Below are positions 11,383 through 23,439 of a DNA stretch of 64,000 nt, piece after piece. Each line of letters starts with the position of its first letter. Positions within the stretch are counted from its first letter, which is position 1. The notes below the pieces were generated by a model. It had not been told where the DNA came from, did not search any database, and saw only the letters and a list, made by a program, of their open reading frames with translations. Source of the stretch: Octopus vulgaris (lineage: Eukaryota); contig OX597838.1 of assembly GCA_951406725.2 (NCBI GenBank), positions 17,980,001 to 18,044,000 on the forward strand. Reading direction: 5' to 3'. The position numbers and the translations under genes were made by a program.

Positions 11383-11653
11383 TATATATATATAAAATTT
11401 GATTTATACTAAATTGAACTTTTCCCTGTAAGTTTGGAGTTATACTCCCTAATATTATAACTATATATATATATATATATAGTGTGTGTGTATTTGTTGT
11501 GTATATACTTACTTGCACCTGCACTACACAGCATGTAGGCCATATTGCAGGCGATGTAGACCTTATAAACTGTGTGAGCCAGGTTCAATTTCTGATTGTA
11601 ACTATTTCATTCACTTTGTTAGTGTCCCCTTTTAGGAGGGCGTGACTGTCACA

Positions 11654-11690
<37 letters not shown>

Positions 11691-11814
11691 TAAATTCATT
11701 TAAATATAACCAATCATTCACAAGTACTTCAAATTCTGGAAGGTCCAGAAATTGACTGAGGGTATCATAGGATAAACATGTATCAATTTATGTATTTCAC
11801 ATGTGGTATACACA

Positions 11815-12590
11815 CACAAGCTGGCTCAGTTACTCTGTGATATGGAGAACAGGTGTACAAGTCCGTTGATCAAACGACCCTGTTCATCAATTAAAGACTG
11901 TACAGAGGCTTCTCTGCCTCTCCGACTCTCCAGACGACGGGCCCATCCAGCAACGTTAATACCTTCTCTGCCCACTGCACGTAACTTAGCCCTGACTCTA
12001 CACCCTTCATGTTTGGCTTGGAGGTGCCGGAATAATACTGTTCTCGCCGCCAACACTCTGGATGCAGAGCCTGATGCTATAGCCTTCTCTAATTCCTTAG
12101 TTAACTGCCCTTCTATTCTAGTCCCCTCTAAACTTAGCTCTTTACTAAATCTGAGAGACTCTAAATGAATGGCTCATTTGAGGGCGCACCACCATCTGTT
12201 GTTCTGGGTACGGAAGACTTTACTAGTCAAAATAGACTTGTTCAACTTCCAGTACCCAGGTCCCTGTCTATGGCACTTAGCTAACTGCACCTCACACGTA
12301 ACAAATTTGTGATCTGTGTAAGAGGCACAGTGAAAATGTGGACAACTAACTATATCGCTGTCACTATCTTTTATTATAACCCTATCTAAGTAAGACCTTA
12401 GTGAACCGTCGTTATTAGACCACGTCCACTGTGGAACGAGCAGTTCATCCAGTCTGTATTGGTCTACTAGTTTATAGCTCGCTAGTAGCCTTTTTAGGCC
12501 AGGGCTTCCTTTTCTATTATTCGAGCCTATACTATCCACTCACACATTGAGAATAATGTTGAAGTCTCCTGTTAAAACTAAAGCAATTTC
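11815..12590 (-). mobile_element. Tx1/L1-clade LINE ORF2 fragment (APE C-terminus + linker), older copy
   Basis: WTWSNNDGSLRSYLDR...YTDHK...GPGYWKLNKSIL and KHEGCRVRAKLR, homologous to 16704-18300. Confidence 0.85.
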
Positions 12591-12631
12591 TAAAACTAAA
12601 GCAATTTACAATACCTTGCCTTGACAGGCAG

Positions 12632-13279
12632 GTTATGATAAATCCAAAAGCATGTGATGTAAAGTTTGTGTTTGGGTTCTCTTCATTGCTTAGTAGTAAT
12701 TACAGAGAGAGAGATAGAATGATGTTGTAAGAGAACAGAATTTGAGCTAGTGAGAGTTGTAGGGTGTGGGACATTGTCTTTCTTGTTCCCTCTGACTGTG
12801 TTGTCTGCCTGCTTCCATAATTCTAGTGGTCGGTTCACCAACTGATGTTAGCTCTCTCTCAACTCACGAGTTATCACCAGTGATCAACTGCGTTGAGTCG
12901 TCACGACTGTGACGAACTTGGTTGAGTTGTCACCGGCTGGTGATTAACTTCGTTGAGTCGTCATGACTTTGACGAACTGATTTTTGCTTGGGGTGTTCTT
13001 GCTTTTATAACTATCCAGAAGGATAGATATATCATTGAAAACAATAGATTTAGTTGGTGGTCTTGTTATCTCTTATTCTAGCTTTTGGTGAAGTAGAAGA
13101 GGTTAGAAAGGGTCAAGTGGTGAAGACATTATTTCGGCCTAGCTAAAGGCATCTGGAAGATGTAAAACTGCTGTCAGAGAAAAACCATTGTTCCATCGTG
13201 GGAAAAGTTCTGTTGCAGTGTTAATTTAAATTTGGCAGTGGTGGATCGAATCCACTTCATGCATGCAAGATCCACTACA
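12632..13279 (-). mobile_element. Possible solo LTR with internal ~30/60-bp tandem repeats
   Basis: Minus strand starts TGTAG, has TATAAAA near 13005 and repeats TTGAGTCGTCACGACTGTGACGAAC at 12860-12980. The 3' CA and TSD are not clean. Confidence 0.35.
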
Positions 13280-14180
13280 CAGCTCTTCTGTCTATACTGA
13301 TCTTAATGTATCCCAAAAACCTTTCTCGGGGTTTTTCTTTCTCATCAACAAATTGCAAAACACATAATTGAAATCTCATTCAATGATCCAGAGTCTCATC
13401 AAACATGACAGCAGCAAATTATGTTTCCATGATCATTGCCTTAATCTCACCTTCAATTGCAGCGGATTTACAATTATCTTATTTTGAATATCACTTCAAA
13501 GTTCAGAAAATGTGCAACTGGCATTTTTCCTCTTGTAATTAGGATGCAATCTTAAACAAGAATCATATTCCTCTATTGCTTCACATTTAGCCAGAAAATT
13601 CCTCATATTGTTTGATTCTTCTGGTTCATTGTATCCTTGAAATGCCAATTCTTGACAGGCCAAAATTTCAATACAATGAATTGACCTTTTCAATAGTTCA
13701 TGATTTTTCTCGATCGATCTATTATGCAACTGAATCGAAGCTCCTTCCCAGCGATTGATTGCTGTATTAATCTGTTTTCGGCCAAAGGTTTCCAGAGCAA
13801 TTATGGAATCCAGATGATTTTCAGATTATTTTTCTGTCTTATCGAAGCTGTAATCAAATTGTCCAAATCACAGTAGCCTTTAGTTGTCCATGCATTCTTA
13901 TGTTCACAATGTATCAGACATGGAGAACAACAATTTCTTCAAAGTGGGACATCCTGTCATCCTCTCGTACTGTTCATAATACTTAGAATCAAAATAACGA
14001 TGACATTCCTTGTTGCCCACTTTGATTCTGATTTCCATTCCAAACTTTGGCTTCTCTTTTCTGAGAATGATAATATTCTTCTTATCTGCAAAGGTTGAGA
14101 AAACAGAGAGGAAACTGAACTAAATGACATTTTTGCCATCCTGGGAGTTAATGAAAGCATGAAAAATGTTACTGCGATAT
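13280..14180 (-). mobile_element. hAT (ZMYM1/DUF4371-type) transposase pseudogene fragment
   Basis: LACQELAFQGYNEPEESNNMRNFL resembles the hAT RQGLAFRGHDE..S.N.GNF motif. Upstream CSPCLI...WTTKGYCD; downstream FAAVMFDET. Confidence 0.7.
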
Positions 14181-14184
14181 ATCT

Positions 14185-14330
14185 ATCAAGGTTATCCCTC
14201 AGGATGCCCCAAGACTGTTTCCACATGTTTTCCCTATTTGATCTTCCATTATGGTCCTCAGCTCCTGTACCCCTTCCAAACCAGTACCTTCCAGCAAGTT
14301 GTCGATATAGGTCGTCTTCCTCCTTCCGAT
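14185..14330 (-). mobile_element. RTE-like LINE C-terminal fragment
   Basis: GRRKTTYIDNLLEGTGLEGVQELRTIMED, fused in frame to the Tx1 APE piece. Confidence 0.55.
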
Positions 14331-15811
14331 CAACCTGAAGGCCTTACTGCTGTATGTTACATCAAGGACCACCAGCCCACCTTCAGGGTCCACATAGACT
14401 GTACTTGTCTGCAGAGCCAAACCTTTACGAATCAGTACCACTACACCCCCTTGCCCTCCGGTCTGGCCAGGAGACATGGTTTTCTCGTAGCCATTCAGGA
14501 GAGGCGAGAAGGTTTGTAGACTGTCCAGCTTGGTCTCTGTGGAAACCATTACATGTATATCATGCGATCTGAGATCGTCGAGGAAATATGCATGCTTCCA
14601 TATCGAACTCAGACCACGCACATTTAAACAACCATGGTTAAGTGAGTCCGATCACAAAAAGTAAAAAAGTTCTACTTATTTTTTCCTTGGAGAAGTTGGG
14701 GCCGACTTCACCACACGTGGATCAGCCCCTTCCTTCACATAATTTGGTAATTCATAAATTTTCCAAATGACGCGCGGGTTCCTTTCCCCTTAAGTTGCGG
14801 TATAGGGTTTCTCCTATTGCTACACATCTCCGCGTTAATTCTTTACGTTGAATATAAAGTTTTGTCATCTGATGTGTCACAATAGCTTCGTTGGTGTATT
14901 GTTCCATAGTGTCGTATTCGACAAGCATACGGTTTTCCTCTTTTTCTTCTGGGGCAGTTGGGCGGGACTTCTTTTGTGTATTGTTTAGGTTTTTTTGTAG
15001 GGGGTGTGGATGGGGAAGGTTTTCATTTTTGAGGTGTTGTAAATCCACCTTCTGATACCTCCATGGTATCATCTGAGGGGGTCAACGTCTGTGGGGGCAA
15101 CACTTTTTGGAGCAGTCTAGAAAGTTTTACAAATTCTTACAGTTCCAGTGATGGATTGGATCTGTAGTCGCCTTTCTGGTTTTGAGAAGCCTAATTTCTC
15201 AAGATTGGTATTTAGACGGTGTGTTACATATCCCAGAACCCCAATAATTACAGGTAGAAACCTGAACTTGTAATCTGGATAGAGTAACTGCAGATTTCTC
15301 AATAGTTCAGCATAGGTGTTCTCTTTTTCACTGATCTTCAGCTTTATGTTAACATCCGCCGGGCAGCTAATTTCCACAACTGTGCACAGTTTCTCTTCTC
15401 TATTTTCAATTTTCGTAATTAGACGTTCATTTTTCGTGTTTACTGCTACTGGTTGGTCCAAGTGGTTGAAAAATAAGTTCCATTTGGGAGTCTGAATTTT
15501 CTGTATTATTTTTTTCTGCGCTGTTTTTAATGTTGGGCTCAATAGTGCAGGTTGATGGCTTTTTTTCTCTTTTGCCCTTTTTTCTTCCGTTGTTGTTACC
15601 ATTCCCCATCTTCTGTGTTTTCTGTCATTTCTTGGTGATGAAGGTGATGTTGTTGCTTCTGGAGGTGGGGGATTCGGTACTTCTTTGGTGGGGAGATTTG
15701 CACTAGAATCTGATGGGGCCTAGCTGACCACGTCTAAAACACAGAGGCTTCCTCCCTTCTACCTTCACCTGAAGCTTCTTATCCCCCACTTCGATAACCT
15801 CTATTATATTT
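14331..15811 (-). mobile_element. Older Tx1-like LINE: ORF1 remnants and APE N-terminus
   Basis: VKVEGRKPLCFRRGQLGPIR (degenerate zinc knuckle), low-complexity ORF1 tail, then CLNVRGLSSIWKHAYFLDDLRSHDIHVMVSTETKL...DPEGGLVVLDV. Confidence 0.8.
15117..15430 (-). mobile_element. R4/Dong-clade LINE C-terminal restriction-like endonuclease fragment
   Basis: [33 protein letters not shown]...PVIIGVLG...GTVRICKTF. Confidence 0.75.
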
Positions 15812-16646
15812 TTGAGCAAATCTGGAATGGTACCTGCACAGCCCGGAACGTGGCCTAGAGGCACGAGAGGCAGAGCGATTCCGACTATGCGAACGATGCC
15901 TATTTTCCCGGCATAGCTCATCCATGCGTCGTGTCAGCGCATCTATTTTGCTTGATATAGTGTCATGTGACAGAGAAGAGGCTGAAACTGATTCGCTTTC
16001 TTGCTTGTTGAGACTTCGTTCTTATTCGGTTCAGCCAACTTATGAAGATAGTGAAAGCGAAAGTGGAGAGACATCACTATAGTGGTGGCATTGGTGGCGA
16101 GAGATGGTCTGGCCCGCAGGTTGTATACTAGCTGTGAAAACGACAGTGAAATGATTCACAAACAGTGCTGTATAGAAACCTGGGTGAGTTGCTGTGTACG
16201 TCTGTTGGCTTGCATGTTTGTTTCATGTTCAGGGGTCACCAATTGTAACAGGAGGAGAGGTCCTCGCACTGGATGGGTGCAGCTCGCATCCTTTACATTA
16301 AAATATTAATTGAAGGAAAGAGTCGAGACTTCTGACTAACTTCGACAGCATAAATATTTTATTTCTGGATTCGCGATATATATATACATTCTTCTTCCAG
16401 GGCGAATCGGCAGCCTAGGAGGTCGTCGCAGTAGTCAAGTGGAGTGAGCCAAATCCTGTCCGTTCAAGCATAGCGGAGAAACACCACGAGGTAGCAACTA
16501 GAGAGGGCTGCTAAAACACGACTGTCCTGTTCGGCTGCCAGCATTCGAGAGGACGATATGAGGGAAAATTCCGCTGCTGCTAGTTTTCTGCGCATGTGCA
16601 TGAAGGAACTTCCGGCAGGCCTCCCGGAAGAATCCAACTCTGCACA
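15812..16646 (-). mobile_element. Gypsy LTR retrotransposon 5' remnant: LTR (16646-16244), PBS, gag fragment
   Basis: TG...CA segment of 403 bp with TATA-like and AATAAA signals. PBS TGGTGACCCC at 16241-16232 (tRNA-Trp-like). Peptide IDALTRRMDEL...RSHSRNRS...CRYHSRF. Confidence 0.7.
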
Positions 16647-16703
16647 TGAGTGCTGGAGATTTCCAAGTTGCTTCAACTTGGTCTGAATCTGCCCTAATAA
16701 TGA

Positions 16704-18300
16704 CCTTGGCCAAAATCTTCAACTCTGTGTTAAGCAGAGTGATGGGCCGAAAATTATCAATTAAATCCCCCTTGTTTGGGTCCTTTCTTAACAGCACTAC
16801 CACCCCTCGGCTCACAGACTTAGGAATTCTCCCGTTCTGCTGCCAGTTGGTGTACACGCATGCAAGTAGGTGCCCAAACAAGTCTGGCATGCTACTATAG
16901 AGTTCGTAAGGCAGACCATCGAGTCCCGGCGATTTGTCCCCGCCGCAGTCTGCCAACATATCCTCGACTTCTTTGGCTGTGATCGGCGCCTCACAAGATT
17001 CCGCGTCCGGCCTCAATAGACGCGGCGAACCGGCTAGGAAGTCTGCGAGCTTCTCCCCGCGCTCCAGCTCGCCGCTCCTCCCAAATAGCTGGGCGAAATG
17101 ATCATGAAACACCTTGCACATCTCCTCGGGTTCATTTACTAATCGACCATTTGGGCCCGTCAAGGATCGAATGGTTGAGTTGTTGCCACGCTGGCCCTCT
17201 ATCACCCGGGCCCATCCGGCTGCGTTGATCCCTTCCTGTCTCATTGCACGGATCTTAGCCCTGACAATGCACCCTTCATGTTTAGCTTTGAGATGTTGGT
17301 CTAGTGCTAACCTCGCCGCTAACACTTTCGATGCACTGCCTGACCTCATTGCCTCCTCTATTGCCTTAACTAGTTCCTTTTCTACTTTGTTTCTAGCACT
17401 AGCTAGTTCTTTGCTAAACCTAATTGACTCAAATTTGATGGCTCTTTTCAGGGCGTACCACCATTTATTGTTGATAATGGATCCGGTTAACGCCCTCATT
17501 ACTAATTGTTTAATCCGATTCCTGTAGGCTTCACAGTCCAATAGTGACTTGTTTAGCTTTCAGTAACCGGTACCTCGTCTACACATGCTATCTATGTCGA
17601 GCATACAGGTCACTAATTTGTGATCGCTGTAGCTGACGATATGGTGTTGTGGACAGCTAAGTATTTTCTTATCTTTCCTTCTAGTTATGATTCTATCGAT
17701 ATAAGATCTGGACGACCCATCGTTTCTTGCCCAGGTCCACGCTGGAGTGTCTGGATGGTCCAGTCTGAATCTATCTGCCAATTCGAAACGACTTGGCATA
17801 TCGTTGAGGTGAGGTAATCCCCTCCTATTCTTTCTCGAGCCAACATAATCTACGCTTGCATCGCAAATTATGTTGAAGTCACCTAGCAATACTAACGTGT
17901 TCGACGTGCCAAGAAAATTCTCGAGGCTTTTGAAATACTCTTTCTGCCCGGCTTTTCCTTCGCAGGGAGCATAGACAGCGACCAGCCTGAACACTTTACC
18001 ACTGCTGTGCGTCACATCCAAAACGACCAACCTGCCTTCCGGATCTATAAAGACAGTTTTAATCTCTAAATCCAGGTTTTTCCTGACCAGCACTGCCACT
18101 CTTCCTCCCCCTCCAGGTCGACAGGGAGAAATGTATTTCTCGTAGCCGTTTAGAAGGGGCGAAAAAGCCTGCAGCCCACTCAGTCTGGATTCGGTAATTA
18201 CCACTACATCCAAACGATGCGACCTAAGGTCGTTAAGGAGGTAGCCTTGCTTCCAATACGACCCCAGGCCGCGAGTATTTATACAACCGAGTTTAAACGA
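16704..18300 (-). pseudogene. Tx1/L1-clade LINE ORF2 (APE + RT N-terminus), one in-frame TGA, 3'-truncated
   Basis: GCINTRGL, GDFN, SYIDR and SDH APE motifs; KSPGLDGLPYELY and FRPITLLNTELKILAKV RT motifs. TGA at 17560-17562 stands where the paralogous copy has Trp. Confidence 0.9.
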
Positions 18301-18331
18301 GAAAGTGAAAATTTAGTCGAATGTTTAAAAC

Positions 18332-19950
18332 TTACTGTTTTAACAGAAGAGAGGGTGTAGTTTCACCCTCATCTTTTCTGTCTGTAAGTGTTGTGTTTTG
18401 CGAGGTCAGTTTTTTTGCGAATTGCTTGTACAGATGGCTTGAAAAGTTCATCTGTAACGGGCCTACGTCCTCCGCAAAAGATTTTTTAATTTCAAAATAA
18501 TCCGCGTTATCTATCGTATAAAATTCTACATTTTCAGATATAATACTATTTATATCTGTTGCGATATATTTTTTCACCGATTTCAGTAAATTAATTTTTT
18601 CCCTTAATGGGTTATTGTTTTTATTTATCGCCGTGAAGGTGTTTCTTTTTTTTGTTAGGTGATTGTGGAGGGGGCTGTGTGTGTGTGTTTGTGGGTGTGT
18701 GTGTGCTTGTAGAAGCGTGGGTGTCTGTAGGTGTGTGCGTGCTTGTGGTAGGTGTGTGAGTGTTTGTGTGTGCTTTTTCCAGTGTGTGTGTTTTTTTGGC
18801 TACGTGTGTGTTTGCAACTGTATTTGTGGGTGTGGGTGTGCTTGTCTGTGTCAGAGTATAGTCCTGTGTATCCGAAGAGGGTGGATTTTTCCGTTTCTGT
18901 CTTCTTTTTGAAGGTTCCACGTTGACCCACTCCTGGATGTTGTTGTTGTTGTCATCGTTGTTGTCGTTGTTTTCTCCCGTTGTCGGCTGAATTTCGGCAA
19001 TTGGGGTGCGCGACGTGGCTGCTATTTCTAGCGGTGAAGTTGTTTTCGGCGTCGTGCTTGCCTCTGTAGTATTTTCTTTTGCTGTCTTCTTGCAGCTCGA
19101 CCTTATGTGGCCTTTCTCGCCACATTTATAGCACCTCGGTTTTCTTCCCTTGACTATTACCATCAAGGTGGTATTATCTCCAATGGTGAGGGAGCTTGGC
19201 AATTTTTCCAAGTCCGAGGGGTTCGCTTGGATCACAAGCTCTAAGTCTTGTCCATACCAGGTTGTGGGGCGATATCTTTTAGACTGAAGAATGGCAATTT
19301 CTTCCTCTTTGCCTAAGAGAATCGCTGCTGTTATAAAGTCCACATCGATTTCGGGCGGAATGTCCGTGACTGTTATCCTGCTAGTTCTCATTCTTAAATA
19401 AAATGGTAAAAGAACTACCTCGTCTGACTTCAACGTTCTTGTTGAATGTTCCCTAGCTTTTTCTTCGCTAGGGAAACGCACCTCTACCGTTCCGAAGCGA
19501 CTACCCCTTGTTATATACGTAGTTTGTTGCCATATCGGCCTCAAACATTTTTCAATGGCTTCTCTCTGTACGAAGTCAATTTTCTTATTTTTCACATTAT
19601 ACGTCTTGTATATGACAGTTTTTCCTCACTCTGTCGCATAAATTAATTCACTGGGAGGGAACAACTTCACATTATCACCTTCTTTTTTTAATAAACTTTG
19701 GTACTTCGTTAATCCTTCTTTGTTAATAACGATGTTTTCACACGATGCTGCACTCGCAAAATTTATTTTTGACCTTTTCCTGTTGTTTACTAGCTTCGCC
19801 AGACATATTGTCGTCTGCTTTTGTAACGCCGCGTGAGACGTCTCTTTACTTCTACCTTCCTCCTCCCGCATTTTCGCCTTCATGCCTTCAAACAAATTTT
19901 TCAACGTTTTCCTCCGACTCGGAGGAGACTGGTTGCAAATTCATGCCTTT
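18332..19950 (-). pseudogene. Tx1/L1-clade LINE ORF1 (RRM-like + CCHC zinc knuckle), disrupted
   Basis: CYKCGEKGHIRSSC knuckle in ORF 18621..19595. In-frame TGA at 19626-19628 and frameshifts on both sides. Confidence 0.85.
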
Positions 19951-20104
19951 TCGTCACTTCCCCCTTGAAACAAGGGGGAAAGAACAGCAGAACTCTGCTG
20001 CAACAGCAGAAAAGAAGTGGCCTCGATGACCAAAACAGCAAATTTTCAAACTTTTCAGCACAAAAACAATCTTTCACTGCGGAGCAAAGAATAACACGAC
20101 CGAA

Positions 20105-20310
20105 AAACAGAGAGAGAGATGGGGAGAGATCTTTTCTTGCATCACAATGAAAGCAGAGAGAGAGAGAGAGAGAGAAAGATCTTACAGCACTATGAAAGCA
20201 GAGAGAGAGAGAGAGAGAGAAAGGAAGATCATATAGCACAATGAAAGCAGAGAGAGAGAGAGAAAGATCTTATAGCACAAAGAAAGCAGAGAGAGAGAGA
20301 GAGAGAGATA
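20105..20310. repeat. Tandem ~45-50 bp units with (GA)n core at the LINE 5' end
   Basis: GAAAGCAG(AG)nAAAGATCTTATAGCACAAT repeated 4-5 times. Confidence 0.8.
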
Positions 20311-20519
20311 ATGAAGTCCAGTACTCAATTTCTGCATTATTTACTAATCCGATGGGATGAAAGATAATGTTGATCTCTGCAGTATTTGAACCCATGACAT
20401 TTTCCTATCCAGTACACTCACCACTTTGCCACTTGGCTGCTCTTCCCCACCAAATAAAAAGTGAATTTATATCTCTGCTGGAAAATAACTTTGTTTTTAT
20501 CACCTCTGGCTAAATAATA

Positions 20520-21035
20520 TTCACCACCACCACCACAGCTACCACTACCACTACAACCACCACCACCACCACCATCACCACAACCTCCACCACAGCCACC
20601 ACAACCACCACCACTACCACCACCATCACCACAACCTCCACCCACCACCACCACCTCCACCACCACAACCACCATCACCACAACCTCCAACACAGCCACC
20701 ACAACCACCACCACTACCACCACCATCACCACAACCTCCACCACAACCTTCACCACAACCACCACCACTACCACCACCACCACCATAACATCCACCACAA
20801 CCACCACAACCTCCACCACAACCACTACAACCTCCACCACAACTACCATCACCACAAACCTTCATCACAACATCCACCACAACCACCACCACCACAACCT
20901 CCACCACAACTACCATCACCACAACCTTCATCACAACATCCACCACAACCACCACCACCACCACAACCTTCACCAAAGCCACCACGACCACCACCACCTC
21001 AACCTCCACGACGACGACCTCCACCACAACAACAA
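20520..21035. repeat. Degenerate (CCA)n trinucleotide array
   Basis: CCA/CAA/CTA/TCA variants. Confidence 0.9.
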
Positions 21036-21197
21036 CGTGGTCAAACATTTAAAACACTGTAAATAGCTTTTAATAAATCTTTATGAGAAAATTTACTTGT
21101 TTTTATTATCATTTTAAAAACCCTCTGTTTTTTTTTCCTTCTTCATGTCTTCATGGTTCATGTAAGTCCACCACTTGCAAGACCGAGGTGTCTGGTG

Positions 21198-21430
21198 CCT
21201 ATTTCTTTATTGCCCACAAAGGGCTAAACACAGACAGGACAAACAAGGACAGACAAACGGAATAAGTCGACTATATCGACCCCAGTGCGTAACTGGTACT
21301 AATTTATCAACCCCGAAAGGATGAAAGGCAAAGTCGACCTCAGTGGAATTTGAACTCAGAACGTAGCGGCAGACGAAATACCGCTAAGCATTTCGCCCGG
21401 AGTGCTAACGTTTCTGCTAGCTTGTTGCCT
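21198..21430 (-). mobile_element. SINE family B copy
   Basis: Matches family B consensus. Confidence 0.85.
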
Positions 21431-21902
21431 TAACTCTACTCCAATTCCGAATCAACCATGTGCAGGAAGCTGGAAAATTCTTGCTTACACTCTTTGAGAA
21501 ATGCATGAATTCCACAAACTCTTGTTTCTCAAATTGGAGTAAAAGTTCCAATCATTAGACTGCTGCCATGCTGGGGCACCACCTTGAAGTTTAGTTGAAC
21601 TTATCGACTCCAGCACTTATTTTCTTTTAAAGCCTGGTCCTTATTCAATCAGTCTCTTTTGCTGAAATGCTAAGTTGCAGCGACGTAAACACACCAATAC
21701 TGGTTGTCAAGTGGCATTGCAGGATAAATACTAACACACGTGTGTGTATATACATGTATGTATATATATATGTATGCTCAATAAACACAACGTATATATA
21801 TATATATATGTATGCTCAATAAACACACAATGTATATATATATATATGTATGCTCAATAAACACACAACGTATATATATATATATGTATGTTCAATAAAC
21901 AC

Positions 21903-21983
21903 ACAACGCCCGGTTTGGGAATGGAAACCGCGATCCTCCAACTGCGAGTCCGCTGCCCTAACCACTGGGCCATTACGCCTCCA
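21903..21983 (-). mobile_element. SINE family C tRNA head (partial), preceded by short tandem repeats
   Basis: GGAGGCGTAATGGCCCAGTGGTTAGGGCAGCGGACTCGC head. gctcaataaacacac is repeated at 21776-21906. Confidence 0.7.
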
Positions 21984-22211
21984 CATCATTCACCTTTACT
22001 TTAATTAAAATATTCAAAATGATCTGATAAGACTGTCCTACCTTGATTTTGTTTTCCTTTTCTTTGAATTTATCTGAATATATATGTAACTTTAAAAAAA
22101 ATATATTCATTTATGAAAAATAGAATTGATATTAAAATAAGATTTAAAAAAAGATTCAACACTAATTATTATAGAAAAACAGTCCCGGAAAAAATAATTG
22201 TTTGATGTTTT

Positions 22212-22628
22212 GGATCTTTTCGGTTTAAACGGCAGTTTTTTCTAGCGGTGTCATATGAAATTGTCACCCATAATTATGACCCTAGTATCGATCTATTGCA
22301 TTTCAATCTGTTTTAGGGTTAAGAGTGGGGGGAAGGGTATCTTTTTTTCTTCACAAATGTAAATAAACCCAATCTGTTTCTTAAACGAGGGACATATTCA
22401 TACGGCACAGAATGTTTTTTACCTCAATAGACGTCATCGATTGGTTGAAATTGCAGAAATTGAAGAAAAAAAAAACAGCAACAAATATCTTACAAACTAT
22501 AGAATTTTCTCAATAAAGCCAAGAGAAAAAGATGTTTTATAAACACATTCTACCAGTATACGAAGTTTAAAAGTGTTTAGTTACGTGGAAATTATTTTAA
22601 AAAACTGCCGTTCAAACCGAAAAGATCC
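22212..22628. mobile_element. MITE with ~29-bp TIR GGATCTTTTCGGTTTRAACGGCAGTTTTT (Merlin-like), copy 1
   Basis: Clear TIRs. Near-identical copy at 49264-49680. Confidence 0.85.
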
Positions 22629-22984
22629 GATGGATTTTATAAGCATTTTGACATTTTATTAATTAGAATCGCAGCTCATATTAATTAACTTGTTTTCTAT
22701 ATTTACAAACACGTCGGAGACTGTTTCTGGTTTCTTACAACAAAGCTTCTTATATAATGTTCAAACTTAAATGGAAAGTATCATAATTTCATAAGAGATG
22801 CATTCCAAGGTTCTATTCAATAAAGAAATTCCTGTCCGATAGAGAAAACTGTCGTGTAGAACTAATGTAAAACAAATAGAACAATAGGTCCGCCGTCGCT
22901 AAAGCGGAGGTAATGATGAAAATTTAGAGGGAAGCAACTCCGTATAGATTAATCTGTTTGCTAGGGGAGGTAACTCTTTAATAT

Positions 22985-23370
22985 TTACTCTTTACTCTTT
23001 TACTTGTTTCAGTCATTTGACTGCGGCCATGCTGGAGCACCGCCTTTAATCGAGCCCGGGACATATTCTTTTGTAAGCCCAGTACTTATTCTATTGGTCT
23101 CTTTTGCCGAACCGCTAAGTAACGGGGACATAAACACACCAGCATCGGTTGTCAAGCAATGCTAGGGGGACAAACACAGACACACAAACACACATATATA
23201 TATATACATATATACGACGGGCTTCTTTCAGTTTCCGTCTACCAAATCCACTCACAAGGCTTTGGTCAGCCCGAGGCTATAGTAGAAGACACTTGCCCAA
23301 GGTGCCACGCAGTGGGACTGAACCTGGAACTATGTGGTTGGTTAGCAAGCTACTTACCACACAGCCACTC
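22985..23370 (-). mobile_element. SINE family A (tRNA head, CORE-like block, (GAGTAAAA)n tail)
   Basis: Head GAGTGGCTGTGTGGTAAG...GGTTCAGTCCC, then CCTTGGGCAAGTG. Confidence 0.9.
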
Positions 23371-23439
23371 ATATTTATTTATTTTTTTATTTTTTCAAGT
23401 TAAAATTTGGGGGATGGTAAGTTTTAGTTGGTTAATTTT

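Noticed and set aside
16498-16703. C-terminus and 3' UTR of the Tx1 RT ORF
   Set aside because: RT similarity stops at KILAKV. What follows is an ORF1-like piece and a Gypsy-like LTR, so there is no intact active LINE.
20418-21048. Poly-Val/Gly/Thr/His ORFs here and at 24.9-25.6 and 61.5-62.9 kb
   Set aside because: Trinucleotide repeats open in several frames, with no splice or domain support.
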